Shown: positions 51,171 to 64,000 of the stretch, one piece after another
How positions within the stretch are numbered: position 1 is the stretch's first letter
Layout: every line of letters begins with the position of its first letter
DNA from: Felis catus
Taxonomy: Eukaryota
Direction: 5' to 3'
DNA length: 64,000 nucleotides
Assembly: GCF_018350175.1 (NCBI RefSeq)
Contig: NC_058368.1
Coordinates: 12,896,001 to 12,960,000 of the forward strand
Translations under genes and position numbers: made by a program
Notes under the pieces: model-generated
Seen by the model: the letters and a program-made list of their open reading frames with translations, nothing else
The model's database searches: none
Told to the model about the DNA's origin: nothing

Positions 51171-52482
51171 ATGTAGAGTCTTATAAACCACAGTTAATTA
51201 AGTTTTCTCTTCTTTTTCTTCCTTCCCTTCCGCTGCTCCTTCCAGAAAGGAGGTCAGTGGAGGGTTTTAGAGAAATTACATGATCAGGTTTATGTTTTAA
51301 CAGAATCTAGCCACTGGGTTGAGAGTATTAATTACTCTTTGTATAAACATTTGGCTGCAAACTCCTGGCTTACAAAGTTTTTAATTTGGTTTACATAGTG
51401 TTGAATTACACATTGCTTCAAAATATCTTGTTATCAATATTTAAAAATCTAGAGATATCCTATAAAGAATGAATTTCTTTCTTTTTTTTTTTTAGAAAAA
51501 AAATTGGCATTCCTTTCCTTTCTAGAATTTAATTCATTGGAGCTGAGGAATGGCTTTGTTTAGAGTATGCATTCTCCATTTTGGTACATTTCTTAACCAC
51601 ATCCTTTTAACTTTCCCCACCTCCAACCTCCTGCTTTGCAAAGATTGGATTCTTTAGTTGATAATACAACACATGTAAACAGTGAATATTTCTATGTAGA
51701 GTTATTGTTATACCATTACACATCTATGTTCTTCTGATATATCTACTGAAGTTGGATTTGGGAAATTATTTGGCAGGGAATAATTGAATAATCTGGCCTA
51801 CAATTTTATGGGAAATCCATTTCCAGACATTTAAATAACAGAGCTTACTATGAATACATTCCCCATTTGTAGAGTGGAAGACTGAATTCTAAAATGGACT
51901 TTCTGATGTCAAATTTTATGAAAATAATATTGGTATTTTAAACATTGGAATTCCATTAATGGGATTTATTAAATTGCAGTGCAATATGGTATTGAAAACA
52001 TGAGAATATTATACCATCAGAATAACACAAACATCTTGAGAAAAGTTACTGTCAGTTCAAAAACGAATAAGCAAGGATTTCAACTGTGTTTGCAAATATT
52101 GTTAGCTGCAAATAATTCTCCATTCCTAATATTTCCTTCTTGGGAAGTGGGCTCTATTAATGTAACTCCAGGCCTCTCTATCCTTTATCTATTCAGCTCC
52201 TAGAGAGATGAAGTGTTTTATTTGAATGTCAGCATTGAGAAAAGTACGTGAACCGGCTTGATTAGCTCCAACTTTTTTCTTATTGAGAATGAGCCTGTGT
52301 GTTCTAAGTTGTAAACCTTACCTAGTCAGGCTTCCTACATATGGGGAGGCCTACCCAAGTCCAGCACTGCCCTACCAAACAAACCGTGCCATAGAGGCTG
52401 CTCTCTATCAGTAACAGGTGTTATTTTGGCCTCCCACTCTTATGTTTTGTTGTATTTCTCAACTTGTTCTAAACTGAGGGTG

Positions 52483-52667
52483 GGGGCGCCTGGGTGGCTC
52501 AGCGGGTAAGTGTCTGTCTCTTGATTTCGGCCCCAGTCATGATCTTATGGTTCATGGGTTCAGGCTGTAGGTAGGGCTCTGCACTGGGAGTGTGGAGCCT
52601 GCTTCAGATTCTCTTTCGCCCTCTCTTGCCCCTCCCGTGTGCTCTCTCACTTTCAAAATAAATAAAC
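52483..52667 (+). mobile_element. CanSINE
   Basis: ggggcgcctgggtggctcag head, CT tract, aaaataaataaac. Confidence 0.88.
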
Positions 52668-54011
52668 AGTGTGGGATAAGGGTGCGATTTATCGGGTAGG
52701 GGCTCTCACAGGTTTGGTTTATTCATCAGGAACATTGAGAAATAAAAGAACATTTTGAGGGAGAAAATTTCAGGAAAAGATATTTATGCCTGGTTTACAG
52801 AGGCTTATTTTAGGCCAAACATGTGTTTACACTTTTGCACATGTCTTTGAACTTCTGTAGCCTAGGAAAGAAGCTCTAGCTATCATGAGGTATTTTGAGC
52901 TTGGCAGGTGACTGCAACTTCTGACTTACACAACTTATGTGAGAAAATAAGAGAACCCGTTAGCTGTGTTGGGAGCTTCAGGTAGAGGCTGCTTTAGCTT
53001 ACTGCACAGGCTAGCTTTTCTTTAGCCAAGGCAAAGATTCCATTGTAGAGAAGAATTTTGCAAGTATTTTAGTCACTGGCTGACAAAAGAATATTTGCTA
53101 CTTTTAAACTGAAGGGCAGCTGAATTCTGCATGTATAACAGAACACTTAGAGATGCCCTAACTTTATACAGTTAGTACCATGGCTGGGTAGGCAACTACA
53201 TTGGGTATTCCACGTTCTCTTCCTCTTTCAGGATCAAGGAGGGTACCGTGGAGAGACCTTGACTTCATGTGGCATTTCTGCCTATTTTTATGACTCACTG
53301 TCCCATTATAGAATCTCACATTGGCTTTATGTTGGTATAAGTTCTAACTCTGACTTGATACATGGCTTCACCATAAACTTATGTTAAATTTAATGAACAG
53401 GTAAGAGATGTGAGCCCCTATTAGAAAGAAAATGCCATCCCCTTAAGATAGAAAGTCACCCAAATTACATTATTACAAACACAGAGTTAGAAACAGTGTT
53501 CTATGCTTGGAACTATTTGCCTGTAATAATCCCATTTGCTTAGGAAAACAAGGAGAAACCAGAGTGGTTTGGAAAGGGTACTTCAGTTTTACTATCAAAC
53601 CCAGGAGCACAAAAAGATTAAGAAAATAAAGGAACACAGCTGATTAAACTGGAGGAAGAGATTTTTTTGTTTATTCATTCAAGAAAGAATAAGGGGAAAA
53701 GGGCATCCTGAATGACAAAAATGCAAGCAGGGGAGAAAAGTACCCAGATTCTAACTGCTCTTAAGAAGGAAAGATATTGTTGTTGTTACTAGAGCAGAAA
53801 TGGTGACTGGGATCCAAACAAACCTAACAGCAACCTTGAGTGATTCCTCAAAGAAAGGCCAAGTCATTGAGAGATGATTTCTGAAAGTCACAGGCCATCA
53901 CTCAGAACAATTGAAGAACCACTTCTTAGAGATTGGAACAGCAACCCCAAGTGGTTACAAAAAATTCTGGGCAGAACTGAGAGAGGAAATGCATGTGAAA
54001 TAGGCAAATTG

Positions 54012-54100
54012 GTTTTTTATTCAAGTATAATTAACATACAGTGTTATATTAGTTTCAGGTGAACAACGTAATGATTCAACAATTTCATATATTACTCAGG
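54012..54100 (-). mobile_element. Short carnivore L1 3'-terminal fragment
   Basis: ttttttattcaagtataattaacatacagtgttatattagtttcaggtg. Confidence 0.75.
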
Positions 54101-54984
54101 GAAATGGCATTGGCTGTTTCTCTGTATACTATGATTCTGTCACATAGAAGCTCACTGAAATAATGCTTTGGGGAAGGAACTTTTAATGAATCTAGCTGAT
54201 AAATTTATGAAGTGAGGATCCTAAAGGGAAGTAGAGAAGAGATGTGAAGAAATCCAGTGACAAAAGAACAAGTTCAAGCTTTAGCTACCTGTCTGATGGA
54301 AGGATATCTCCAGGGAGGTGGGGATTATCCATCTCCTTGAGAATAAAGTAGAAAATATTTGGACAATAAACCCAGAACTTGTTGATTTCTTCTCTTTTAT
54401 TATTACTAATGCAGAGTTGTTATAAAAATAACCATCTGGGCCAGAAAGTAAAGATAAAGTAAACAGAAGGGAGGCACTCAGTTCCAGAAAGCAGCATTAG
54501 CTCTTGGGATTAGAGAAGGAAAGAGGCCATTTTAAGAATTAGATTAAATTGTTAACAAACTCAAATAGCCTTCCTGAAAGCTGTCAGGAAATAGCAGAGG
54601 GAAATTAAATACCAGTGGTATGTCCCAGTATTTCAGAAAAAGACATAGCAGGAAAATAAAAAATAAAAAAAGCTATTCAGACCCCAAGACATTTGAAACG
54701 GCTTTTCCTCAGGGCACAAGCTTGAGAAGCATCAACATCTCTTCGTGCAGGAATCTGATTCCTCAGCTAAAACAAATGGGGGAATTAAGACCTCTTCCCA
54801 AGGGGGCAGGTCTCACAGTGCAAGCAACCCCCAAGCTAGTGGCAGTGAGACAACCACTGTGGCACAGGACAGAAAATACCTGTTCCCAGGAAGTGGTGCA
54901 GTTGTGTCACCAGACAGAACCTGTCCTCAGGGTGGTGTTAGGGGCCCAAGACTCCATGGGAAAGGGATTAAAAAGTACTGGGTA

Positions 54985-55198
54985 GGGGCGCCTGGGTGGC
55001 TCAGTCGGTTAAGCGGCCGACTTTGGCTCAGGTCATGATCTCACGGTCCATGAGTTCGAGCCCCACGTCGGGCTCTGTGCTGACAGCTCAGAGCCTGGAT
55101 CCTGTTTCAGATTCTGTGTCTCCCACTCTCTGACCCTCCCCCGTTCATGCTCTGTCTCTCTCTGTCTCAAAAATAAATAAACGTTAAAAAAAAATTTA
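54985..55198 (+). mobile_element. CanSINE
   Basis: TSD aagtactgggta at 54973 / 55201. Confidence 0.94.
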
Positions 55199-57138
55199 AG
55201 AAGTACTGGGTATGCTGGATGTGGAAGAAATCACCTGAAGCCCCACTGCAATTATTTGAAGGGGACAGAAATGCCTCACATGACACTTTATGTGAGGATG
55301 TAGGAATCAGAGATGGGTTTATTTTGTCTACAAAAATGTAAATGTAAAGAAGTGTAAATGAAAATGCTAAATGTGTAGGCTCAAATAACTTGTTGGGAGA
55401 ATTTTCTTCGTTTGGCTTAAGTAAACAGGTCATGGAATCCAGACAGTTGGTCTTGAATGACAGACTTCCTGCTAATATTGAGGTCAAGAATATTTTCCTT
55501 TCCTCTCAGATATCATGGGATTACTCTTGGGGTCTCAGCAGCCCTCGTGCTGGGAATGTAATTTGGCCTGCACTAATTGACTTAATGGCAGGAGAATGGC
55601 TTTCTATATTAGGTAGATCTGGAAAAGGCCTGGGATAATTCTGTGTGACCTGTTAGCTCTGGAATTTTGGAAGTGAGGCTTCTGAGAAATTAGGCATTGT
55701 ATTACTATGACTTCTGAGGCTTTTGAAGCTCCAAACCCATTCCAGGGAAAGATTGCTACAGTTGCTGAAGAAGCCCCATTGAACTTTACACTTTGAACTT
55801 CAACACACAGGACAAGAGAATTTGATTTCAGGCTTTAGTTCTTTCAGATTTTAATGTCTTCAACTTGTAAACGAATGCAATCTTCGGGCTTTAATTTCTT
55901 TCTTGGAATTTAATAATAGAAAGGAAATTGTGTTCAAATATGAAACATCTCTTTAAAGTCATTTTATTATTGAAGTATCTTTAAGATAGCTTTCAATCTC
56001 TTTAGAACCTCTGTCATGTTACATTGGACAGCATGCCTAGACAGAATTTTGGACAGAAAATAGAATAGGAAATACATTTTCTGCTTTTGGCGTGGAGTGG
56101 ACTCAAAGCTGATACAATGAATGTGTTGTTTTGACCCATTGCAGATTCTTCTGGGGACAACATTTAAATATTTAAGCATTTAAAAAATTAAGCTTTGCCA
56201 TTGGACCCAGGAGGAAACCCAGAAGAGCAGAAATTGGTGTAGAGTGTGGTCTCATGAGGGTCAGGGGTAAAGTTCTACTGAGGGAGAGAGCCACAACTCT
56301 TGTGACCAAAGGCTTCATGCTTAATGAAGTTAAGCTTCATGCTCAATGAGTTAAGAGAATGAAAGGCTGGGGTATGTTGATGGGGTTCACCTCTTTCCCA
56401 CTCCTGAGGCTTTGTTCTTATGAGAGGAGCTCAAGTTCTTATAACTCTGGGCTCCCTTCTTCCCTGTTAATTGCTCTGTCTCTGAGAGATTTTTAGCCTC
56501 TGAGTTCAGTTAGTAGGGCATACTCAGCTCAGCTCCCATTTTCCTTGCCCCAGAAGTAAATATGCGTTTCCCTCTATTACGACGCATGGAAGCCTAGCCC
56601 CGTTCCAGTGCTTCCTTCCTAGTCCAGTAGGTCTGCCCAATTGTGGAGTTCAGTGTTAATGGGTGTCAATATACAGGCCAAGCCCTCCAACTTGATCTCT
56701 ATTATATATAAAAGTGATGTTTTGGCTTCATCTTTTTTGTTTTGGCCCCTGATATAACCCTTGGGTCTCTTTGCTCTGTTACAACCTAGTTTGATTAGTT
56801 TTTCAGAGTTCTTAATTTTTCTAATTTGAAATAAAAGTCAATTCAACAAATTCAGCACCTCCTATATGTTATTGTGCTGGACCCTGGGAATACAGAAATA
56901 ATGTCTCATTAGATAGTGACTATTTACATGTTTATATATAATATTAGAAAAACATATACACCAAAAAGATAACACAAAGGAGGAAATGGTCAGCCTGCCT
57001 GGTAATTTGGAGGTAGGCAGCTGTCATGGAGAAGGAAATTTTTGAGCAAAATGACTAAGCAGGGGAAGCATATTTTTGATGGAGAGATGCATGTTATATC
57101 AGGATACTAGAAATAGTTGATAATTCCTGAGCATACAA

Positions 57139-57147
57139 CTCTTTTTC

Positions 57148-57231
<84 letters not shown>

Positions 57232-57306
57232 TCCCTCCTTTCCTCCTTCCCTCTCTCCCTCTTCCACCCCCTCTCCCTCTCTCCCACTCCCTTCCTTCCT
57301 TCCTTC
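57139..57306. repeat. (CTTT)n tetranucleotide microsatellite (about 20 units) plus CT-rich tail
   Basis: Direct reading. Confidence 0.97.
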
Positions 57307-57589
57307 ATTTTTTTAAAAGCATAATTTCAATGTTAGGAAATAAGGATGGTGAGTAGAAGGAACCAGATCATACTGGTCAAGAAGCTTATTAGACTTAAGA
57401 CATCTTATCGATGAGGAGGATGAACAGCCTGAACCCTGAGAGTGATAATGATCAGGTTAAACAAAATGAAACGGTTGGACATAACCACTTCTACATTTCT
57501 TTTAAGCCTTAGAGTTTTCCGATTTTTGTTTTGGACCTTTGCCACAGATTTAGAATATTTCTCAGCTATCCTAAATCAGCTCCTTACCA

Positions 57590-58050
57590 CACTATTAGGT
57601 AGGATTAGGCTTGGCTAGCTATATGATATCCCTGACAAATAAGAACATAGATCAAATATGAGAGAAGTTTATTTCTCTCATGTAAAAGCAATTTTGAAGC
57701 TAGTCTGGTGGCTTTTACAAAACCATTGGTAACCAAGGTCCTTCTCACTCTTCACTCCACAAATCCTGCAGTACAAGTGTTGTCCTCATGTTTCAAGATG
57801 ACAGCTGGAGATCCGTATATCATGCTTGCACTCTAGGATGGCAGCAGAGTGAAGGGAACTTAAGAAGATTTCCTGAAGGTACCTCCTATACTTTTACTTA
57901 TTTCTAGATGACCAGAATTTATTTCCCTGGTCACATCTGAAATTGGAGAAAAGCTGAGGATATGACTGTACTGAGTAAAATCCTTTTTTACAATCAGAGA
58001 AAAAGGAGAAAATTAATATTGAGGTAGGCAATTATCTGTCTCTGTTCCAG
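57590..58050. mobile_element. MLT1K/L-like MaLR LTR relic
   Basis: agaagtttatttctctcatgtaa...cctcatgtttcaagatgacagctggag...atattgaggtaggcaatta. Confidence 0.55.
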
Positions 58051-58693
58051 TCATGGAAAAATGAAGTATCTATTTACTGATTTAAGTGGAAATAAAAGTG
58101 GTAGGTTATCAAATACAGAGGGTGTATTTTTCACAGAATGTATTTTTCTAATTCTAGCCCTTAGTCCTACCTTTTTATTTAAACTGTAGCAACATGGTGC
58201 TTGAAAATCCATTTATAAGACACACAACATACATTCTCAAATGCTAAGTGCATGGTTGTAATGTATGGCCATATCATCCTTCTCTCTCTGATCCCTGACA
58301 TTTTGGATAAGCTGTTTTCTTCCAAAGGATACTAGGATACTGTTCTCTGACTTATGTCTATTAATTCTTTGGGATTTTGTGTCTCTCATGCTTTGCCTAA
58401 AGAAGACCAGGTTAGTACCCCTCCTTTGTCAAAAGGGCCACATCACTTTGTTGTAATAACGTCTCCATTGTCAGTCTTCCTAACTGGAAGTCAATGAAAA
58501 CAGAGAGGAGCTATATCTGTTTTGTTCCATGCTCTAACTTTAGTGGCTAGTATAGTGCCTAGAAAATAGGTGTTCAAAAATTTCATTGAAGGAATAAATG
58601 AGTATAAAGGTAAATGACTAAAACAAAGGCATTCAAGTTCTTATTGCTGCAAATCAGCGAGTGGTGAAGTGTGGTGTAAGATTTGGGTATGCA

Positions 58694-58845
58694 GATCTCA
58701 CGGTCTGTGAGTTCGAGCCCCGCGTCGGGCTCTGGGCTGATGGCTCAGAGCCTGGGGCCTGTTTCCGATTCTGTGTCTCCCTCTCTCTCTTCCCCTCGCC
58801 CGTTCATGCTCTGTCTCTCTCTGTCCCAAAAATAAATAAACGTTG
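58694..58845 (+). mobile_element. 5'-truncated, tail-less young CanSINE
   Basis: Perfect 16-bp TSD aagatttgggtatgca at 58678-58693 / 58846-58861. Confidence 0.95.
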
Positions 58846-60265
58846 AAGATTTGGGTATGCAAAAATGTAATAATTTTTATCTAACTAAAACTAACATTGT
58901 TGTTGAGCTCCTTATTCTACTTGGATAGTTAATCTTAGGCAATTCAGGATAGACTGAGTTAAATTATGGTTTTCTCAGTAAATTCAGGATTCCCCCTTCT
59001 GAGATTACATCTCAATTGTGAAGAAGTTACATTACATCAATGCATGAAGAAGAGGGTGCGCCTGGGATATTCTCTACCCAAGTTGGCATCTGGTGATGTA
59101 CACTATTCTAACTGCTCCTTGGGCTCCGTGACTTTTCCACTGCAGCATCTGCTGAGGCATCTGGGTTCTCATTGGTCTAGTTGCTGTACTCCACTGGCAC
59201 ACCTTTCAGTCATTAATCCCAACATTAAGACAGATATCTCTTAAGACATCTTAAGACAGATGTCTCTTAAGACATTAATAAGATGTCATTAAGATGTCTT
59301 TTAATGAGAGCGTGAGCTCTCTTTTAATGACTCCATGCCTCAGTGGGGCACAGGCAAAATTAAGCTCTTCTTCTATTCTACAATGTGGCCAAAGGAAACT
59401 CTGTGGAGCTTTCTTAGGTGTCTCCCTATAGAACCCCCCCCCCCCCCCCCCCATGGCATCATCTCTACCCACTGTCATCTTGCTGAGGTAGAGCCCTCTA
59501 TAAGACTTGCCTCTTGCCTAGTCTCTAGTCAGGAAGTGGGGCACTGGTCTCCTCTTCACTCAAAGCCCCAAACCTATCTGGAGTTCGTTTCTTTCACCCT
59601 CTCCCAAGAGTTTTGGCTCTGGTGATGATGGTCAGAGGGCAGGACCTCTTTTCAGAGACCCACACCATCTAACTCCGTGGCTCTACCCTCATGTCTCAGA
59701 CTTCTCTCTTGTATGTTTTTATCCCTTCTAAACTGTTTTGGCTAATCTCACATGCTTTCAAATTTATTGTATATGGTATAAATCCACAAACATCATGATT
59801 TTATTTGACACTCAAAAGTCAGGCTTTTAAGGCTCAAAGGTAACTTTTTGTTCATCTTTGCTGCAAGTTTCAGAAGTCTACCTTAAATCTTGGGAGCTGA
59901 GTGTGGACTCTTTTCATTTGCCCTCTTGTCCTTTCCCTGAGGCAAAGCCTAAATGACCAAAAGAGAGGTCATGGAGCAAAGTGAGAATTTTCAGGGAAAA
60001 AAAAAAATCAAAAACAAACAAAAAACTCCAGATGGGTTAATAACAGATTAATCCAACATATTGACAACAGGGACAGTTGATAATCACTCTCAATGCCCCA
60101 AAATGATAAAATAGTTAAATAATGTTATAATAGAAAGCTATAAAATCATTAAAGATTTTAAAGTATTTTTAAGAACATAAAAATCTTTGTTTTAATGAGT
60201 GAGGAGAACTGCTTATAAAAGTGACTATGTACAAAGATTAGAACTTTACAAAAATACTCAGAAAA

Positions 60266-60477
60266 GAGACACCTGGGTGGCTCAGTTATTTGAGCATCTA
60301 ACTTTGGGTCAGGTCATGATCTCATAGTTCATGGGTTCAAGCTCCATGCTGGGCTCTGTGCTGACAGCTTAGAGCCTGAAGCCTGCTTCAAATTCTGTGT
60401 CTTCCTCTCTCTCTGTCCCTCCTCTGCTCACACGTTGTCTCTCTCTCTCAAAAATAAATAAACATTAAAAAAAATTT
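60266..60477 (+). mobile_element. CanSINE
   Basis: TSD aaaaatactcagaaaag at 60250 / 60478. Confidence 0.92.
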
Positions 60478-60971
60478 AAAAATACTCAGAAAAGTCATGA
60501 AGAAAAGGAGCATAATTTTAGTAGTGATTGAGTAGCAGGACTATGGATAATTTCTATTTTCTACATATTCCAAGTTTTCCCTCGAAGGAACATGAATTAA
60601 ATCATAAACATATATACATACACACACACACATAGATGTATATATTTACAGTTTGCAATAAATAATAAAGATTCCTATAGACCAAGCAAATAGCATCCTT
60701 TATATAATGATGACCAAATAGGACTTACTTCTGTCTAAGTGTGTTACTTGTATTCTTAAAAAAGGGGAAAAGACCCAGGTGAGAAACCTGAGGGAGCAAA
60801 GTCCCCCACAAGAAAATCAAGGGAACAATAATATGCAGGAGAAGGCCAGAAGTCCATTGCCTGCAGTTGGGGCAGGGTGCTACCTTCAGATGCTTGCCCA
60901 GATGTGGGTAAATGTTGCTTTCTGTCCCTGCACAAACACATTTAAAGACACATTCTACATTATAGAGCAAC

Positions 60972-61530
60972 AAATTGTGGTATATAGATACCATGGAATA
61001 TTATTCAGCCATAAATAATTGAAATCTTGCCATGTTGTGACAACATGGATGGACCTTGAAGGCATTAGGCTAAGTGAAATAAGTCAGACAGAGAAAGACA
61101 AATGCCGTATGATTTCTCTTATATGTGTAATCTAAAAAAAACATTTTTATTTTATTATTATTATTTTTTTAATTTTTTTTCCAATGTTTATTTATTTTTG
61201 GGACAGAGAGAGACAGAGCATGAACGGGGGAGGGGCAGAGAGAGAGAGAGAGAGACACAGAATCGGAAACAGGCTCCAGGCTCTGAGCCATCAGCCCAGA
61301 GCCCAGTGAGGGGCTCGAACTCACGGACCGCAAGATCATGACCTGGCTGAAGTCGGACGCTTAACCGACTGCGCCACCTGGGCGCCCCTAAAAAAACATT
61401 TTTAAAAACCAAACCAAACTCATAGATACAGAGAACAGGTTGGTGGTTCCTAGAAGCAGAGGGTGGGAGGGATGGGGGTGGAAACAGGTGAACTGTTTTT
61501 GGTTTTAGTTTAAGTAAAATGAATTTTAAA
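60972..61530 (+). mobile_element. L1MA9-like 3' end split by a SINE
   Basis: atggaatattattcagccat...acatggatggaccttgaaggcattaggctaagtgaaataagtcagacagagaaagac. Confidence 0.85.
61149..61388 (-). mobile_element. Young SINEC_Fc-type CanSINE nested in L1
   Basis: TSD taaaaaaa(a)cattttt. Confidence 0.94.
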
Positions 61531-63715
61531 GAAAGAGCTCCAAATATTTAAATTAGTTATTGTATTTTTCCCTAGTTGCCCCCTCTCCAAACTAGGCATC
61601 CTGTGACTTGGTGTCCAGTCTCATGTCCTTCTGGTTGCTCATCTCTGAATGTGTTTCTGCTTATCCCTTGGCTTCTTTATGGGACTCTAGACTCCATATG
61701 TGTTCCAGGCAGCTCTGAGGATAGAGAAACTCCTTGTTCTTTCCCTTTAGCCTAAAACAAGGAGAGAAGAAAGAAAATGAGATGTGTTACGTTTCTGTCT
61801 ACAGCATGATTCCCTGTCATGATTTTCCTCCAATCAAGGGAGGTTACTTTGGCAACAATCATGTTATGTCCCTTTAAATAACTTTCCCCTAGTTAGTGAT
61901 ATTTCATTTTCATAAACAAGTCCTACAATGACTTCTTAAAGTAGCCAAACCTGTTTTTCCCCTCCTATTACTTAAGAAACATATTTGAACAGATCATACA
62001 ATACTTAAAGACGTATTAACATACAAACAAAACACACCATTTAAAGGCTGCATGTTAATTTCAAGATGTATTAGAACAGTGATAATAAACTTGATTCTAG
62101 TGTGGCATTGAATTCTTAATATCAGTAAAGTCACCTTTTTTTTTAACAACCATACTAATTGTTGCTGATTTCGGGATAGCTTTGCAAAGGGAAGAATTGT
62201 GACATTTCCATGTTTGAAATAACATGTAGAATCATTGCAGTTCATTGCTATGGAGGCAGTTTATCTTGTAAAGACATTTACAACTCCACTTAGATTCTCC
62301 CAAAATGATTTTTCACTTAACAGCCTCTTACCAACTTCAAACAAAAGTGTGCCATACAAAAGTACTGCAACCAATTACAATTGGTGACCTTTGCAGTAAA
62401 AATAACCCTGAAAATGTAAGAGATTGTTTTTATGGGTGGTAGAAATGCCTATTCAGGAGCCTCTAAAAAATGCTAAATTTTACTTTGGGTGTAGAAAGGT
62501 GCCTGCAAAATTATGCTTCTTGCTATTTAATATATTATCATATGAAAAGGTACTCCACAGGGTTATTGGGAAAGTGCTATCAAACAGTGTTGTAGATTTA
62601 TTTAGTGCGACACGTCTCACCTTTAGATATTTTAAGATGAAGTGTTTGTCCTTTCAATTAATCAAAAATGTTGTTCCCTTCCAGTTAGCTAGGTCACTCA
62701 GGTCTCTATTCAGTCAGCAGTTTCTCCCAGTTGTTTGGCTGAATTTCCATTACTGAAGAATTAGGTCGGTAATTAAATACAATCTCAGCAAAATTTCTTC
62801 AGGCAGTTTATTTAGGTTCTATGCAAAATGGAATCCCTTAGGGACAGGGAATTAACATGTTGTGAAGTATAATTTCAATGAAATCTGTTTAACAGTTATT
62901 CTTAAAAGAAGAGCTTGGAGACTTCCCTTGACTTGACTCAGCTTCAATGTCTTTATGCAATTTTTTCCATTTATAGTTCCCATCTTTTATAATTAGATGT
63001 GTTCCTGTATTTTCTGCTGGTTGTCTACATCAATAAGCTACTTTTGTCCATGATTTTATATAAATCAGTATGTCTCCCACTGATTCATATACACACACAT
63101 ACACACATATCCAAATACTTTAAAAAAATGAGACAAAATTGTAAAAGGTTTAAAAAAGTTCTTATGTATTATATATTTATGTATTTTTACTATTTATGCG
63201 TGTATGTGTATGTGTGTGTATATATATGTGTGTGTGTGTCAACATACATATTTTGATATATGTTTTCTATAGTTGTGTCTTAAATTCCTGAGTATTTTTA
63301 TCTGATCTCTTCTTGCAATTGGCAATTTAAATGTCCTGAAATTATATACGAAGTAGGAAACTTAGGATCCAGAAATATAATGAGGGTTGCTGTTTTGAAG
63401 TCACCTCTAAGGTCATTTTATTTAGTCTATTCCTCAAGTTTCCAGCTGCATGATTTCATCATAGAATGGAATTTACAAACTGCCTCCCAGTGCTGTCAGA
63501 TTCTATTATTTATAATAAACTCTTACTTGAGTTTTCAAGAAAGTTTAGAAAATGACTTCCTGGAGGTCCTTAAGGATAGTGTTTCCCGCAGAGGACTTTG
63601 GTTTGTTTTACCAGTTGGTTGATTTTCATGTCTAGAAGTATTTAGAATGATGTTCTATAGTCACAAACTCCTCTTACTGACAGATTATCTTTCGTCACAA
63701 TATTTATGACCACAT

Positions 63716-63836
63716 TGTTATGGACTGAATATTTGTGCCCCCTCCCCCAGTTCATACATTGAAATCTAATTGCCAGTGGGCTAGTATTTGGAGGTGGGGC
63801 CTTTGGGGCGTCATGAGATTGGAACCCCTCAGGAAT
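63716..63836 (+). mobile_element. MLT1A-like LTR 5' part
   Basis: tgttatggactgaatatttgtgccccc...gtatttggaggtggggcctttggg. Confidence 0.75.
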
Positions 63837-64000
63837 GATTTTATTTATTTATTTATTTATTTATCTATTTATTTATTTATTTATTTATTTATGAGAGAGC
63901 ACAAGGGGGGAGGGGCAGAGAGAGAGGGAGACACAGAATCCAAAGCAGGCTCCAGGCTCTGAGCTGTCAGACCAGAGCCCGACGCAGGGCTCGAACCCAC
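63837..64000 (-). mobile_element. CanSINE with (TTTA)n tail, runs off the window end
   Basis: Reverse body gagagggagacacagaatccaaagcaggctccaggctctgagc. Confidence 0.9.

Noticed and set aside
53500..55640. Purine-rich stretch with 82-121 aa ORFs; possible pseudogene or L3/CR1 relic
   Set aside because: No recognisable protein. Only a faint CR1-like resemblance near 53570-53760, too weak to call without a Dfam search
57099..57356. ERKK/FLSF low-complexity ORFs
   Set aside because: Translations of the (CTTT)n microsatellite
59221..59330. CRISPR-like repeat array
   Set aside because: No unique spacers of regular length, no cas genes, mammalian context
629..63962. Many similar short ORFs (e.g. 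GAWVAQSV...SAQVMISR...SLEPASDSVSPSL; FEPRVRLWAD...) that look like a repeated gene family
   Set aside because: All are translations of CanSINE copies in different frames

Overview
Mammalian genomic DNA from a carnivore, almost certainly a felid (abundant cat-type CanSINEs and carnivore/felid L1); the species cannot be fixed from the sequence alone. The only protein-coding gene I can support is an intact + strand RFC3 (replication factor C subunit 3). It has 9 coding exons from ATG 7869 to TGA 32941, totalling 1071 nt (356 aa plus stop), with all introns GT-AG and in phase. It has a compact CpG-rich promoter (ETS/CRE/E2F-like motifs) and several candidate poly(A) signals. The rest is repeat-rich: about 30 CanSINEs (many with clear target-site duplications, TSDs), a degraded ~5.7 kb sense L1 with TSDs in intron 7, old L1M/L2/MIR fragments, LTR relics, hAT and Tigger MITEs, and microsatellites. 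Nearly all ORFs in the supplied track are SINE/L1-derived or spurious. I find no evidence for a novel multi-gene system; the findings are local structural oddities and regulatory hypotheses of modest interest. Repeat family names come from recalled consensus sequences, not from a RepeatMasker run, and boundaries of old repeats are approximate.
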